Positions 52,353-64,000 of a stretch of 64,000 bases of DNA are shown here, in pieces. How positions within the stretch are numbered: the stretch's first letter is position 1; each line of letters opens with the position of its first letter. The notes beneath the pieces are model-generated. The model was given only the letters and a program-made list of their open reading frames with translations. It did not search any database and had not been told where the DNA came from. The position numbers and the translations under genes were made by a program. Origin of the DNA: Ptychomitrium polyphyllum (lineage: Eukaryota); NCBI GenBank assembly GCA_973851085.1, contig OZ316776.1:4588001-4652000 (forward strand). The letters are read 5' to 3'.

Positions 52353-53949
52353 CCTCCCCGCGCTACCCTAATCCCTCCCGCGCCTTGACCAACTCTTGCC
52401 TCTCCTACAACCTGCACGCATCAGGCAGCACAGTCCTCCACCGTCTCCATGGCTCCGCGCCCGTCATCCCGCCTCGCGCGTCGCCCAATCGTGCCCGCTC
52501 CTTCGCCAACGTCCACACCAGTCACACCGCCCTTCACCTCTTTCAAACTCCTCACCCCTCTGCACCTCAGCTCTAGAAGCATTTGCGCGTCCAACCCGCC
52601 TCTCCCCGCGCACCAACGCCCTCCTAACCCTCGTTCCGCACCTCCGCCCGCCCTTCCTCCATCCTTCCCAAATCCGTTGCAACGACGAGCACGGCCAAAT
52701 CAGCAAACGACAACCACCCCAACTCCGCCTTCACACCATCACGCTCTACCCACGCTCAACAACGCCGGCTCTTCCCCCTCTCCAATGCTGCACCGCAACC
52801 GTCCTCCGCCATCATCGTGACTACAATGGACTCGCACACGCGAAGCCTCGCCCAAACGAAAAACCAGAATGAGTTTGCACTGGCTGCAGCAACAACGTCG
52901 TTTCAGAACCGGCTCTCTTTCCCTTGTGGCCGCGCCTTTCTATCAGTCCACCTCCTTTTTGAAAAAGTTCGCTGGCCCCGACCGGACGCCCACCCCTTCC
53001 GTGACACACAACCTCCTAACCAGCAGGTGCTGGCTCTGCCGCCCAGCGGTACAACCTGTGCGCTTTCCAAACGGTCGAATATCGAAATGACCTAACTGCG
53101 TGTGAGACCGCGGTTAGGGCCTAGTTGCGTGGCTCGCCAGCTCTAACTCCCTTTTCGTTATTACGAGTGGGGGGCTGTTTACTATCTGGCGTCAGTTTTA
53201 ATAGGGCGGTCAGGCGGAGGTTACCCAATCTGTTTGGAACGTACTATTTACTGCCGGAGTGCCGTTTCAAAGTCCTTGTATTACTTTCCAGTTTGAAATT
53301 TTACTGAGTCAGATAGCGACCGACCACGTCAGGGGCTTCTGGCTTTAGTCTGACGTAGGGTCGAGCTCTCCTGTGCCCGCTCCTGCACCGCAAATATCAA
53401 TAGTTTTACTCGTTGATGCTCTGGCATTAGAATTTTAGAAACACATGATGAGCTCAGTGGCTGGGGACGCTTGTTGAGAGGACTCTCAGCTGGTGATGGT
53501 GTAGCAGTGGATTTGGAATTCCGTCCTAGTCATAAAAGCATAGTTCGATTTTGTCTTATTTGACTGCATGTTTGAAATTTTTAGTCAAGACCAAATCCAC
53601 ATTCGAATTGACTGGATTACATCAAACCAGTTTTAGTGCCATATGCTATTTACTGACAAGGTAACTTACTTGTAGTACACATTTGATTTGTTCTATGATT
53701 TCTTTTTAATTTTGACTTTTTTAGTTTGTTAGTCCTACCGCGTGAATCCTTCACTAAAAGAAACCTGCTGCTGGTTGAACCAGAGTGGGCACTTGGTTTT
53801 TGCAAGCCCATTGAAAGTCATTTCTTCAGTTGAGTCATGCCTACCTAACTTGAACTAACCTTTTCCTTCCGATACAGATTAATCGATTTAGTTTCTGAAA
53901 ATGAAACCTTAAAATCCCATCCTCTCCATCTGTCCGTTTGCGCATGTCA

Positions 53950-56900
53950 ACTGAGACTTCAATCTTAAGATAGAAACCTGCTACCAATGTATCAAAACTG
54001 TGATGGCCGAATGTGATGACCATACTACTTGAAACTTCACTTAAAACTTCAATCTTGAGAAAGAAATCCCCTAATATTACATCAAAGATGTGATGGCTAC
54101 ACATATTAGTCGAGAATTCACTTAAAAATTTAATCTTAAGATACAAATCTAATGCCATTACATCAAAGTTCTAATGGCCCCATATAATGGTAGCACATAT
54201 TAGTCGAGACTTCACTTGAGACTTTAATCTTGAAAAACAACCTTATGAAAGTATATCAAAGATGTGATGGCTTCACTTGAAACTTCACTTAGAACTTCAG
54301 TCTTGAGATAGACACATGCTCACAATACATCAAAGATGATATTGCTGCATGCAATAGCTGCAATTATTGATTAAAACTTACTTCAAACCTTTGTTTTAAT
54401 ACACAAACTAACTGCCACCATAACAAAGATGTGATGGTTGTCCATATTGATTGACACTTCATTTAAAATTTTAATACTGAGATAGGAACCTTCTAACAAT
54501 ACATCAAAGATATAATAGCTACATGTGCTCGCTACACATATTAATTAAGACTTCACTTCAAAATTCAATTTTGATAGAGAAATCCACGAACAATACATCA
54601 AAGTTGTAATGGTTATATGTGATGGCCACACATATTAAACAAAATTTCACTTGATACTTCAATCTTAAAAGACAAATCTACTAACAGTACATCAAAGTTG
54701 TGATGGTTCCATGTGATGACTGCACATATTAGTTGAGGCTTTATCAACGACTTCAAACTTCAACCAGAAGCCCACTGGTAGTACATCAAAGTTGTGATGG
54801 TTCCATGTGATGGCTACACATATTAGTTGAAACTTCACTTGGAACTTCAACCATGAAAGAGTAATCCACTGACAGTACATTAAAGATATAATGGCCACAT
54901 GTGACGGCTCTACATATTTATTGAAACATCATCAAAGACTTCAAACTTGATAGAGAAGCCATTAGCAGTACATCAAAGTTGTAATGGTTCCATGTGCTGG
55001 CTGTACATATTAATTGAGACTTCATCAACAACTTCAGTATTCACACAGAAGCCCACTGGCACTACATCAAAGTTGTGACGGTTCCATGTGATGGCTGCAC
55101 ATATTACTTGAGACTTCACTTGGGACTTCAATCTTGAAAGAGAAATCCACTGACATCAAAGTTGTAACGGCTGTTAGTTGAGACTTCATTAAAGACTTCA
55201 CACTTCACATAGAAGCCTACTGGCACTACATTAAAGTTGTAATGGTTCCATGTGATGGCTGCACATATTAGTTGACACTTCACTTGGGACTTCAATCTTG
55301 AAAGAGAAATCCACTGACAGTACATCAAAGTTGTAACGGCTGCATGTGCTGGCTGCACATATTAGTTGAGACTTCATCAAAGACTTCAGACTTCAAACAG
55401 AAGCCCACTGGTAGTACATCAAAGTTATGATGGTTCCATGTGCTGGCTACACATATTACTTGAGACCTCACTTGGGACTTCAATCTTGAAAGAGAAATCC
55501 ACTTACAGTACATCAAAGTTATGATGGTTCCATGTGCTAGCTGCATATATTACTTGAGACTTCACTTGGAACTTCAATCTTGAAAGAGAAACCCACTAAC
55601 ATCAAAGTTGTAACGATTGTTAATTGAGACTTCATTAAAGACTTCACACTTCACACATAAGCCCACTGGCACTACATCAAAGTTGTGACGGTTCCATGTG
55701 ATGGTTGCACATATTACTTGAGACTTCACTTGGGACTTCAATCTTGAAAGAGAAATCCACTGACAGTACATCAAAGTTGTGACGGTTCCATGTGATGGCT
55801 GCACATATTACTTGAGACCTCACTTGGGACTTCAATCTTGAAAGAGAAATCCACTTACAGTACATCAAAGTTATGATGGTTCCATGTGCTAGCTGCATAT
55901 ATTATTTGAGACCTCACTTGGAACTTCAATCTTGAAAGAGAAACCCACTAACATCAAAGTTGTAATGGCTGTTAGTTGAGACTTCATTAAAGACTTCATA
56001 CTGCACACAGAAGCCCACTGGCACTACATCAAAGTTGTGACGGTTCCATGTGATGGTTGCACATATTACTTGAGACTTCACTTGGGACTTCAATCTTGAA
56101 AGTGAAATCCACTGACAGTACATCAAAGTTGTAACGGCTGCATGTACTAGCTGCACATATTAGTTGAGACTTCATCAAAGACTTCAGACTTCAACCAGAA
56201 GCCCACTGGTAGTACATCAAAGTTGTGATGGTTCCATGTGATGGCTGCACATATTAGTTGAGACTTTACTTGGGACTTCAATCTTGAAAGAGAAATCCAC
56301 TGACAATACATTGAAGATATAATGGCCACATGTGACGGTTCTACATATTAGTTGAAACATCATCAAAGACTTCAAACTTGACAAAGAAGCCATTAGCAAT
56401 ACATCAAAGTTGTAATGGTTCCATGTGATAGCTGCACATATTAGTTGAGACTTCACTTGGGACTTCAATCTTGAAAGAAAAACCCACTGATAATACATTG
56501 AAGATATAATAGCCATATGTTAAACAAGACTTCACTTTAAAGAGAAGCTCAGTGGTAGTACATTAAAGTTGTGATGGTTCTATGTAATGGCTGCACATAT
56601 AAGTCAAGATTTCACTTGAAACTTTAGTCTTGAGGTAGAAACTCATTGACGGTACATCATAATTGTAATGGCTACATGTATTAGCTAGATAAATTAGTTA
56701 AGACTTCACCTGGAACATTAGTGTTGATATAGAAACTTATTGAGGGTACATCAAAGTTGTGATGATTGCATGTAATGACAGCACATATTAGTTGAGACTT
56801 TACTTAAACTTTAGTGTTAAGATAGAAATTTGCTACCAATATATTAAAGATATATTAGCTACATGTAATGCTTGCACAAATGCAATTAAAACTTCCTATG

Positions 56901-56960
56901 AGACCTAAACCTAAAGATAAAAATTTGCTTACAGTATAATAAAGAAATAGTAGCTGCACG
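53950..56960. repeat. Tandem satellite/minisatellite array, ~94-bp monomer, about 30 copies
   Basis: ACATCAAAGTTGTGATGGTTCCATGTGATGGCTGCACATATTAGTTGAGACTTCA... recurs at 54689, 54783, 54877, 54970 and 55064 (spacing 93-94). The core (~54700-56500) is homogeneous and the edges are degenerate. Confidence 0.92.
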
Positions 56961-57107
56961 CAATTGTTACTTTATTTATTTTGAAGTTTATAAAGTTCTT
57001 TTATTCAAACGGTAGTTGGCTTATTACAACTTGGTTGAAAAATATTTAAACACACTCTGTAGGATAGTTTTGTCTATCACATTTTATTTTTTATTGCTTG
57101 TTGTTTC

Positions 57108-57616
57108 TATCACGGACATAAAACATGCAACATAGTCCTTAGAACATTCTAGAATCTTCTGGTATATTTTAGTAGCTTCTTAAAATATTTTCAAATGTTT
57201 CCATAGCCTTTCCATGTTCTTAAGAAGCTTCTTGGAAAAATTCCTCTACCTCAAGAAACTTCCTAGGAAGGTTCTATCTCTGTAAGAAATTTCCTAAGAA
57301 GGTTCCAGTACCTTAGAAAACTTCCAAAGAAGGTTCCAACATTTTTGGGAACTTCCTTGAAAGGTTCCCTAGACTTCTAGAACATTCTTAAGCCTTGTAG
57401 GAAGTTTTTTTAGAAGTATTTTAGGAAATACAAGCATCATAGTATAAATAGGTGGCAAGACAAGGTATTCCTTAGTCTTGCCAACACAAGTTGTGGATCA
57501 TCTTGTATCTTCTCTTGTTTTAGTCTTTGTAACAAATTCTTGTTAATCATTAGCTCTTTTTAAACTAATTCTTAGGAAACACTTTATTTCTACTTTTTGT
57601 TTCTTGTGTCCCTAAT
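57108..57616 (+). mobile_element. Degenerate solo-LTR-like repeat, copy 3
   Basis: TATCACGGACAT...AGTCTTGCCAACACAAGTTGTGGATCAT...TTCTTGTGTCCCTAATA. Homologous to 2406-2929 and, inverted, to 1324-1892. Termini resemble a decayed TG...CA. Confidence 0.65.
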
Positions 57617-60600
57617 AGTTTCCTACAATTACTATTATCATTCTATACATGAAAATTTGTAATGTGCATGGAACTTAATTTATATAGAAGTAGATTTGTA
57701 GTATTATATTTGTAATATTTGAGTTATAATGTCAAAAGTAACACTCTTCAATGACTTCTCTAAACATCCTCATTCAAAAGAATCTTTTATTTATTTATTA
57801 AAGCTCCAATTTCTTTAGAGAAATGTATTGTATTGAAGATTGAGAAAGTGTATGCACTAAGTCAATAACAAAGACTTTATGTCTTAATGCATTCACTATT
57901 ATTTGCTCTTATTGTAATTTATTGTTGATTTTCCACTTTCCATAGTAAAAATGAGTTTGCTTTCCACTTCTTCATAAATCATAACATTCATCAAGGATAG
58001 AAGTTGAAAACATATTAAAATCAATTCATGTAATTGATACAATTTCAAAATACTAGTATTTAAAAAAAAATACTTACATTATATATGATATGAGTATATT
58101 GGTTCATCTTTTATTACCTTATATAATTTTATCAATCAATAATATTATGCTTCTACATGCTATTGCTATTTAATTTGACCATTATATAGACCCATTTAAA
58201 AACAAGACCTTTTATGTGTTGCCATTTTAATTCATTAATGTGTACATGATTACTTTTTAAAGATTAAGAAGTATAAATAGTTTAAAATTGAAAAATCATG
58301 TATTTTGATTATCAAATATAGAATTTTGTATAACTATTTATATGAATGTTTATAAACCTTCTATTTTTTGTTATAAATTAATTTAAAATGGAATATAAAA
58401 TTTTCAATATGCTTATTTATTAACTTAAATAAGATCAAGAAAAAAAAGAATCTTTCTTTACATTAATGCAAAATAATATATTAAAGCAACTAATAATGCA
58501 AAACAATATATTAAAGCAACTAATATTTTATGAAATAGTATGTTGACTTTTATTAGATATTATGATTTATTTTATTTTAGACTCTATGGTATTACATTTA
58601 TTATTCAAACACAAGGATAAAAATTAAACAAAATAAAATTAAAATTTTACTTTAATACTTGCTTTAAGCTCTAAATTATAATATTGTTAAGTTTCTTTGA
58701 ATGTAATATTAAGTATATATGTTATAAAATACAACATACATTGATAAATATAATAAAATCTGTGCTTGATAATATTTATGGCACATAAATTTAACAGTAG
58801 TTTTAATAAAAAAATGAGTATTTTTGTACATTTTAAAAATATCATAATTTTAAAAATATTCTTAAATTTCATTTCATTTACATAGCTATTTTATATGCAT
58901 CAATAAGTTTTGCGTACATATGAATGTACTCTAGCATCAATAATGGCATTTTTTTAAAATCAAAAAATTGGTTGTTTTAAAATTAAATTTTTTTTAAAAG
59001 AATTTTATTTTATAAATTTTTTATATTAAATTATCTAAATTACTAATACATGTGTATATTAAAACTTCAATAATGGAAAATTTCAATGTTTGAAGATATA
59101 ATATGTCATGTCCAAAACAATGAATAATCATGAGTTTATAGAATTTAAATTGAAGAAATAATATTACAAAAACATGTATCAAATTTGGACTTTTTAATTG
59201 CTAAGTCTATTAAAAAATGCTCCCTTTTGTTGAATTATTATCTTGCATTTTGTCATTAAATAAATGATAATAATGGCAAGCCTTTAATTTATTTATTTTA
59301 AAAATGAATAAAACAATAATTAAAACTTTGACTATGGAATTAATGAATGTAATGTATTGTATATTTTTGTTTACAATGTATGTAATCAAGAGGTTTGTCA
59401 AATAAATTACTTCTTTAATAAATAATATATAAAATAAGATTGAATTCTTTATATATTCTAAAATCAAATCATTTGTTAAATCCTAATGAAATCTTAATAA
59501 TATATTAAAATTCAATAATGAAATTCATTTACTTTATAGTAAGTATTGTTTATAAATTAAAAGTTTAACATTCATTCATCTTTATTAACTAAAAAATTTC
59601 TTATAAAGCCAAACTTGGCATTTTTTGTTTTTGAATTTTTTTCAAATAAAATATACTTTCTTAAATAATAGGATATATTTCAATTGATTCATTTAATGTT
59701 TTCAAAGTCAGAACATGGTTCACATTACATTAATACTTTTAGCCATAAGAACCATAAAATTTATAAACATAAACACATTGAGTTTTTGTAAATTTAGTAT
59801 TTTGTTAATAAAAATATAACTTCAAAAGTAATATAAGTGATTTTTTTTAAATTTTAACTAAAATTCAAAAAAAATAGGTTTAAGAATACACTTAATAAGG
59901 TTAATATTCAATAAATGAAATTATCCACAAATTATTATACAATAATTTTATTAATCAAATGACATCATTAACAATTTTGATTTTAATATGTATGATTCAA
60001 AGTTACAATTTTTGAAGAAATTTTTTATATGTTTTTAAAACTGATGATGATATAATGATAATTTATTCTATAAAATGTACTTCATAGCATCTAAAATTCT
60101 AAGTATGTCTATGAATTTTTTTTAAAATTTGACAATATGATATTAGCAATAAAATATATTTATAATAATATTCTAAATTAATATTTAAAAAAATACTATA
60201 CCTTTGTAAGAAACAACAATTGATGTGAACAAAATCTATGATAATGCTCTTGGTGCCTTTCAAATAGTCTATTGTCACATGCTATTATTTATAATACCAT
60301 ATTCATTATAATGGAGAATTTTGAAATTCTACAATAATCAAAGAAAAATGCATGGCCATGTTGAAAAGAGTCATAGGATAGAAATCATAAAATGTTGGAA
60401 GAATCATAGGAATGGAAGTCTTTAGAAGCTATAACGCATGATTTTGCAATTTGTAAGAGTTTTTTTAAAAAGATACTTATTATTCTTATCAAATAAAACA
60501 AAATTGTTGGTATATATATTTTTGAAGTCTCAAAAAACTTTGTACACGTTATTTGCCACCTTTTTTATCATCTATAGTTATATTACTAATGTTTGTCTTT

Positions 60601-61651
60601 TTTATAAATGTTAATTGATTATAGTAGGTCTTGTTCAAAACAACATTATTAAAATTGCAATATGGCAAAATAACCAAAATCTATTATATTTGGAATCTAT
60701 GTTAACATTCTACATTGATCATTCAAGCGCAAAATGATTCCAAAACTATTATTTAGTTCCATTATAATGAATATGGTGTTTTATATAATAAATTTATTCA
60801 ATCTATTAATATTTGATATCATGAGAAAAAAAATATTACATTATTCCTTAAGCCCAATCAAAATTTGTTATTTAGAGCTTCATCACTCCAATGAAAATCA
60901 TAAGCAAGTTGTTAAAATTCCATTGTTTAGCTTCTACATATGCTAAGTCTTTGTTGTAGACTTTAGATCCTTGTTTTAGCCACTTTCTTTTGCTTGGTGT
61001 CTCCAAATATAAGTGTGAAAGCTTTTGTAAAAGCACCTAAGTTATTTAATAGTACTAATTTTATTTTTATTAACAATATAATAAAATATATGCATTAATT
61101 AATAGAAGAGTGGCTACAAATCCAACTTAAGTGGTGCTATTGGAATAGCAATATTGATGTAGGTGAAAAAACTTTACCTATTAAATAGAATCAAGTAATT
61201 TTTATTTGGATCCATCAAATTTTTCAGGTATATTCATTTTTTATTCTAGATGATTTTGTTGTGCGAATTCCTCTCTTATATTGGCTTCATGCAACTTTTT
61301 TATATCTTGATATAGGCTTTAAATATCATTATTATATCCCTTCACATGAAGAGTGTTGTTTTGAATTGTTGGTGGTACCAATACAAGCAAGCTTTGTTCA
61401 AGTTACATTTAATAACTCTAAAAGGTATGTAATAGTTGCAAAATTATTTTTTTATAATTCTTGCATATTATCCATAACTTGTTGGCTAAATGCTATAAAT
61501 GAAAAAGCAAAGAAGACAACAAAGAGTTGATTTGGAGGAGGATAATTTATAATCTCCAAAAATTTTGTATGTTTTTTAATGGTATTGTTTACCCATTTAA
61601 GAATGACAGAAGCAAAAAACTAATGTTGGTTTTAAACTCTACACTTTTTAA

Positions 61652-61760
61652 TACACTTCTAAAGAAGCTTTTTATAAAACTATAGAATGTTTTAGAGGTT
61701 TATGAAAACATCTTAAGAAATTTCTATGGGATGTGGAAGCTTTAGAAGTTACAAGAGGTT
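61652..61760 (-). mobile_element. Short fragment of the same LTR-like family
   Basis: ACACTTCTAAAGAAGCTTTTTATAAAACTATAGAATGTTTTAGAGGTTTATG aligns with 1521-1580 (ATACTTCTAAAGAAGCTTCCTATGAGGCCTAAGAATGTTTTAGAAGTCTATG). Confidence 0.5.
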
Positions 61761-64000
61761 ATTAAAAGCCATATAAAGATCAATTGAGTTAATACATTGT
61801 GTCAAGTGAAGAAGCATGGTCAAATAAAGTTTAGAGACATTTGTCATTTACTTATGCTAAAACAATCATGGTATTTGCTAACATCAAAAGTCTTTATTTC
61901 CATTTTGTTCAAAGTAAGATTTAACAAGTATCACACTATTCATATTTGTTTCACTTTTAAACATTATGATTGGTGTAGTATAATTTTTTCAATACCATCG
62001 TTATTGAACATTATACCATCATTATAGGGGACCTCTGCAGGAGCTTTTCCTGTTGGGCTTGGGGCCCAACTTCCTCTTGAAAGAATGAAGATTATGCCTT
62101 GGCCCTTATATAGGCCTCATGGCTTGGAAGTTAGCCCGCATGCAAACAGTCTGATGCCTTGGTCTTTCCTCATGTTAGTTAGAAATTAAGTCGAAGCAGC
62201 ATTAAATGCGAAAACGTAAGCATGGTTAGACTTATGGGCGTGTACCTGGAGAGTAGTAATTCAATCATCTGGAAAGGTCTACTACAAGGTGTGGACTTGT
62301 TGAGCTGGTTAGGATTGGGTTTCAGGAGTGTATCCACCCTTTTTATGTTTAGGTGTTGAAAAGGGAGTTCGTCCTTGGCTAGCCGTGTCGCAGATGTGAT
62401 CCATGCTGTGCGATTTTTTCGAGGTGTGTTCGTGTCTGGTTTCAAACTTGTCATTGTATCGGTCAATCTCCTAGTTACGATTATGCATGTAGCGGTAGTG
62501 CCGGTGCGTGTACCATTCCGATTTCCATGTCAAGTGCTAGCGTGCTGAGTCAAAGGTGTAACCTGAACTTATGTCGATTTGAGGAATTGGTGCTATTCTA
62601 ACTGTTGAAGTCGTTTCGTTTATTCGGTATTTGGTGCTCTGCCAAGACTAACGACATTGTAGTCGAACCTGAATTCCGTTACATAATACTATATTGCATC
62701 TGTTCAGAGATTTTGGTTTATTTTCTTTGACAACATAAATTCTTTCACAGGAGCAAGCTTATCAAGAACATGCATATTCTGTAGAAGCAGGACGTGCTTT
62801 GTATCTTCTTCACCAATCTGATGAACACAAGATGGTGCAGTATTCTTGTCTAATTATGACAGAGTGAGGGTTAGTATGAATGATATGCAGGAATGCAGAA
62901 ATACCGACACATTTCCACAATCGCCTTCTCCGACTTTGTAGTCAGAATGTCGAATCACAACAAGATTGGAACCAACTCGAAAATCCTGCCTCTCATGGTT
63001 CGTACTAAATTTGCTCCTAGTAGAACCAGCAAGGTTCCTGCAAAAATTCGAGTCCTTGCTACTTTTGGAGCTGCCATAAATGGAATCAATCTGAAAGTAT
63101 TCTACTTCGTAGCATCAGTCCTGCAAAAAGCACAAGTGCATCAAGTTACGTGCGTTAGCCGATCGGATTACCGAATTTAGGATTTCAAACGCATTTAGCA
63201 GTGCTCAAATCATGTGCATACCGTCGTTTCCAGCAGGGCGGTCAAGTTTCACAATACTAAAGTTCCAACTATGATATCAATTGATTGACATATCGGAATC
63301 TTCAAAATCAGGGCTCCTCATACTGCATTGAATCACTCTCCTTTTCTCTATCAGCTTCACTCGCTATTATAATCTAAACTGTATTCATGCCGAGGTTCTT
63401 CAGAAGAAATTTCATGCCGAGGCAATCAAGGCTTTGTGTGTTATGCTAAGAGTTAAAAACTTCTTTAGTACGAGGTTAGTTCGAAAGTTAGGGTAAAGAT
63501 CGCAGACATTAGAGCATAACGACTTAGAGTCGTCGGCTATGGAACTAATTGTATCGAATGGCAGGATAAGATCGTAGCAAGAGGTTGCTTGATGTACGAT
63601 GCGAAAGACAGGCTAAAAACTCTGCATGATTGTGCTGTAAGTGGCTATTGAGAAAGTAATGACGAAGCAAAGGACTGTAGAAGTGGGTATCCTCTCCGCT
63701 CTCGACCCTTCGCAAATGTGAATGTATCACACGGGGAGAGGATGAGTTCCTCTGCAGCAGCATGGACAATCGCCGGATACAACTCTAACCTACACTATTT
63801 AACATGAAACTCCACAGTATTCCTGTTCTGTTAGTAAAAGGAGTAACTAATTTGACATTAAGCAAATCTCTGAGATACCTCAATAGCCTGGTTCCTCCAG
63901 TTGATTAGCGATTACAGGCTGCCTCTTCTGTCATGTCCACGTGTGGCTGCAATCTGGAAAGCACACTGCTGTCGTGCATCTCGGCGTTTTGACCCAAGTT

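Noticed and set aside
53950..56960. CRISPR-like array or repeat-protein gene
   Set aside because: There are no unique spacers (the monomers are homologous along their whole length), no cas genes, and the context is eukaryotic. The short repeated ORFs are by-products of the tandem repeat.
62030..64000. Possible 5' end of another gene (TATA-like and TGGGCY motifs, 95-aa ORFs)
   Set aside because: I could not build an in-phase exon model or recognise a product. Any CDS may lie beyond the window.

Overview
This is eukaryotic nuclear DNA from a land plant, most likely a moss such as Physcomitrium (inferred from GT-AG introns, gene content and AT-rich intergenic DNA with degenerate LTRs). A gene island of about 46 kb is bracketed by two inverted copies of a three-repeat MYB (MYB3R) cell-cycle transcription factor, which share a near-identical 2.8 kb tract suggestive of gene conversion. 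Between them lie an NB-ARC-LRR immune-receptor-like gene with no recognisable N-terminal signalling domain, an FAD-dependent monooxygenase, a C2/SRC2-like pseudogene, a small putative plastid membrane protein, an intronless plastid MinD and NAF1. The most notable feature is a 7-exon gene directly convergent with MinD. It encodes a cyanobacterial-type MinC C-terminal domain fused to a four-helix membrane domain. This points to a nuclear minC-minD plastid-division gene pair with a possibly membrane-anchored MinC. The flanks hold solo-LTR-like repeats, a LINE RT relic, aerolysin-small-lobe-like relics and a ~94-bp satellite array with higher-order structure. All exon models were built by hand and no database searches were run.
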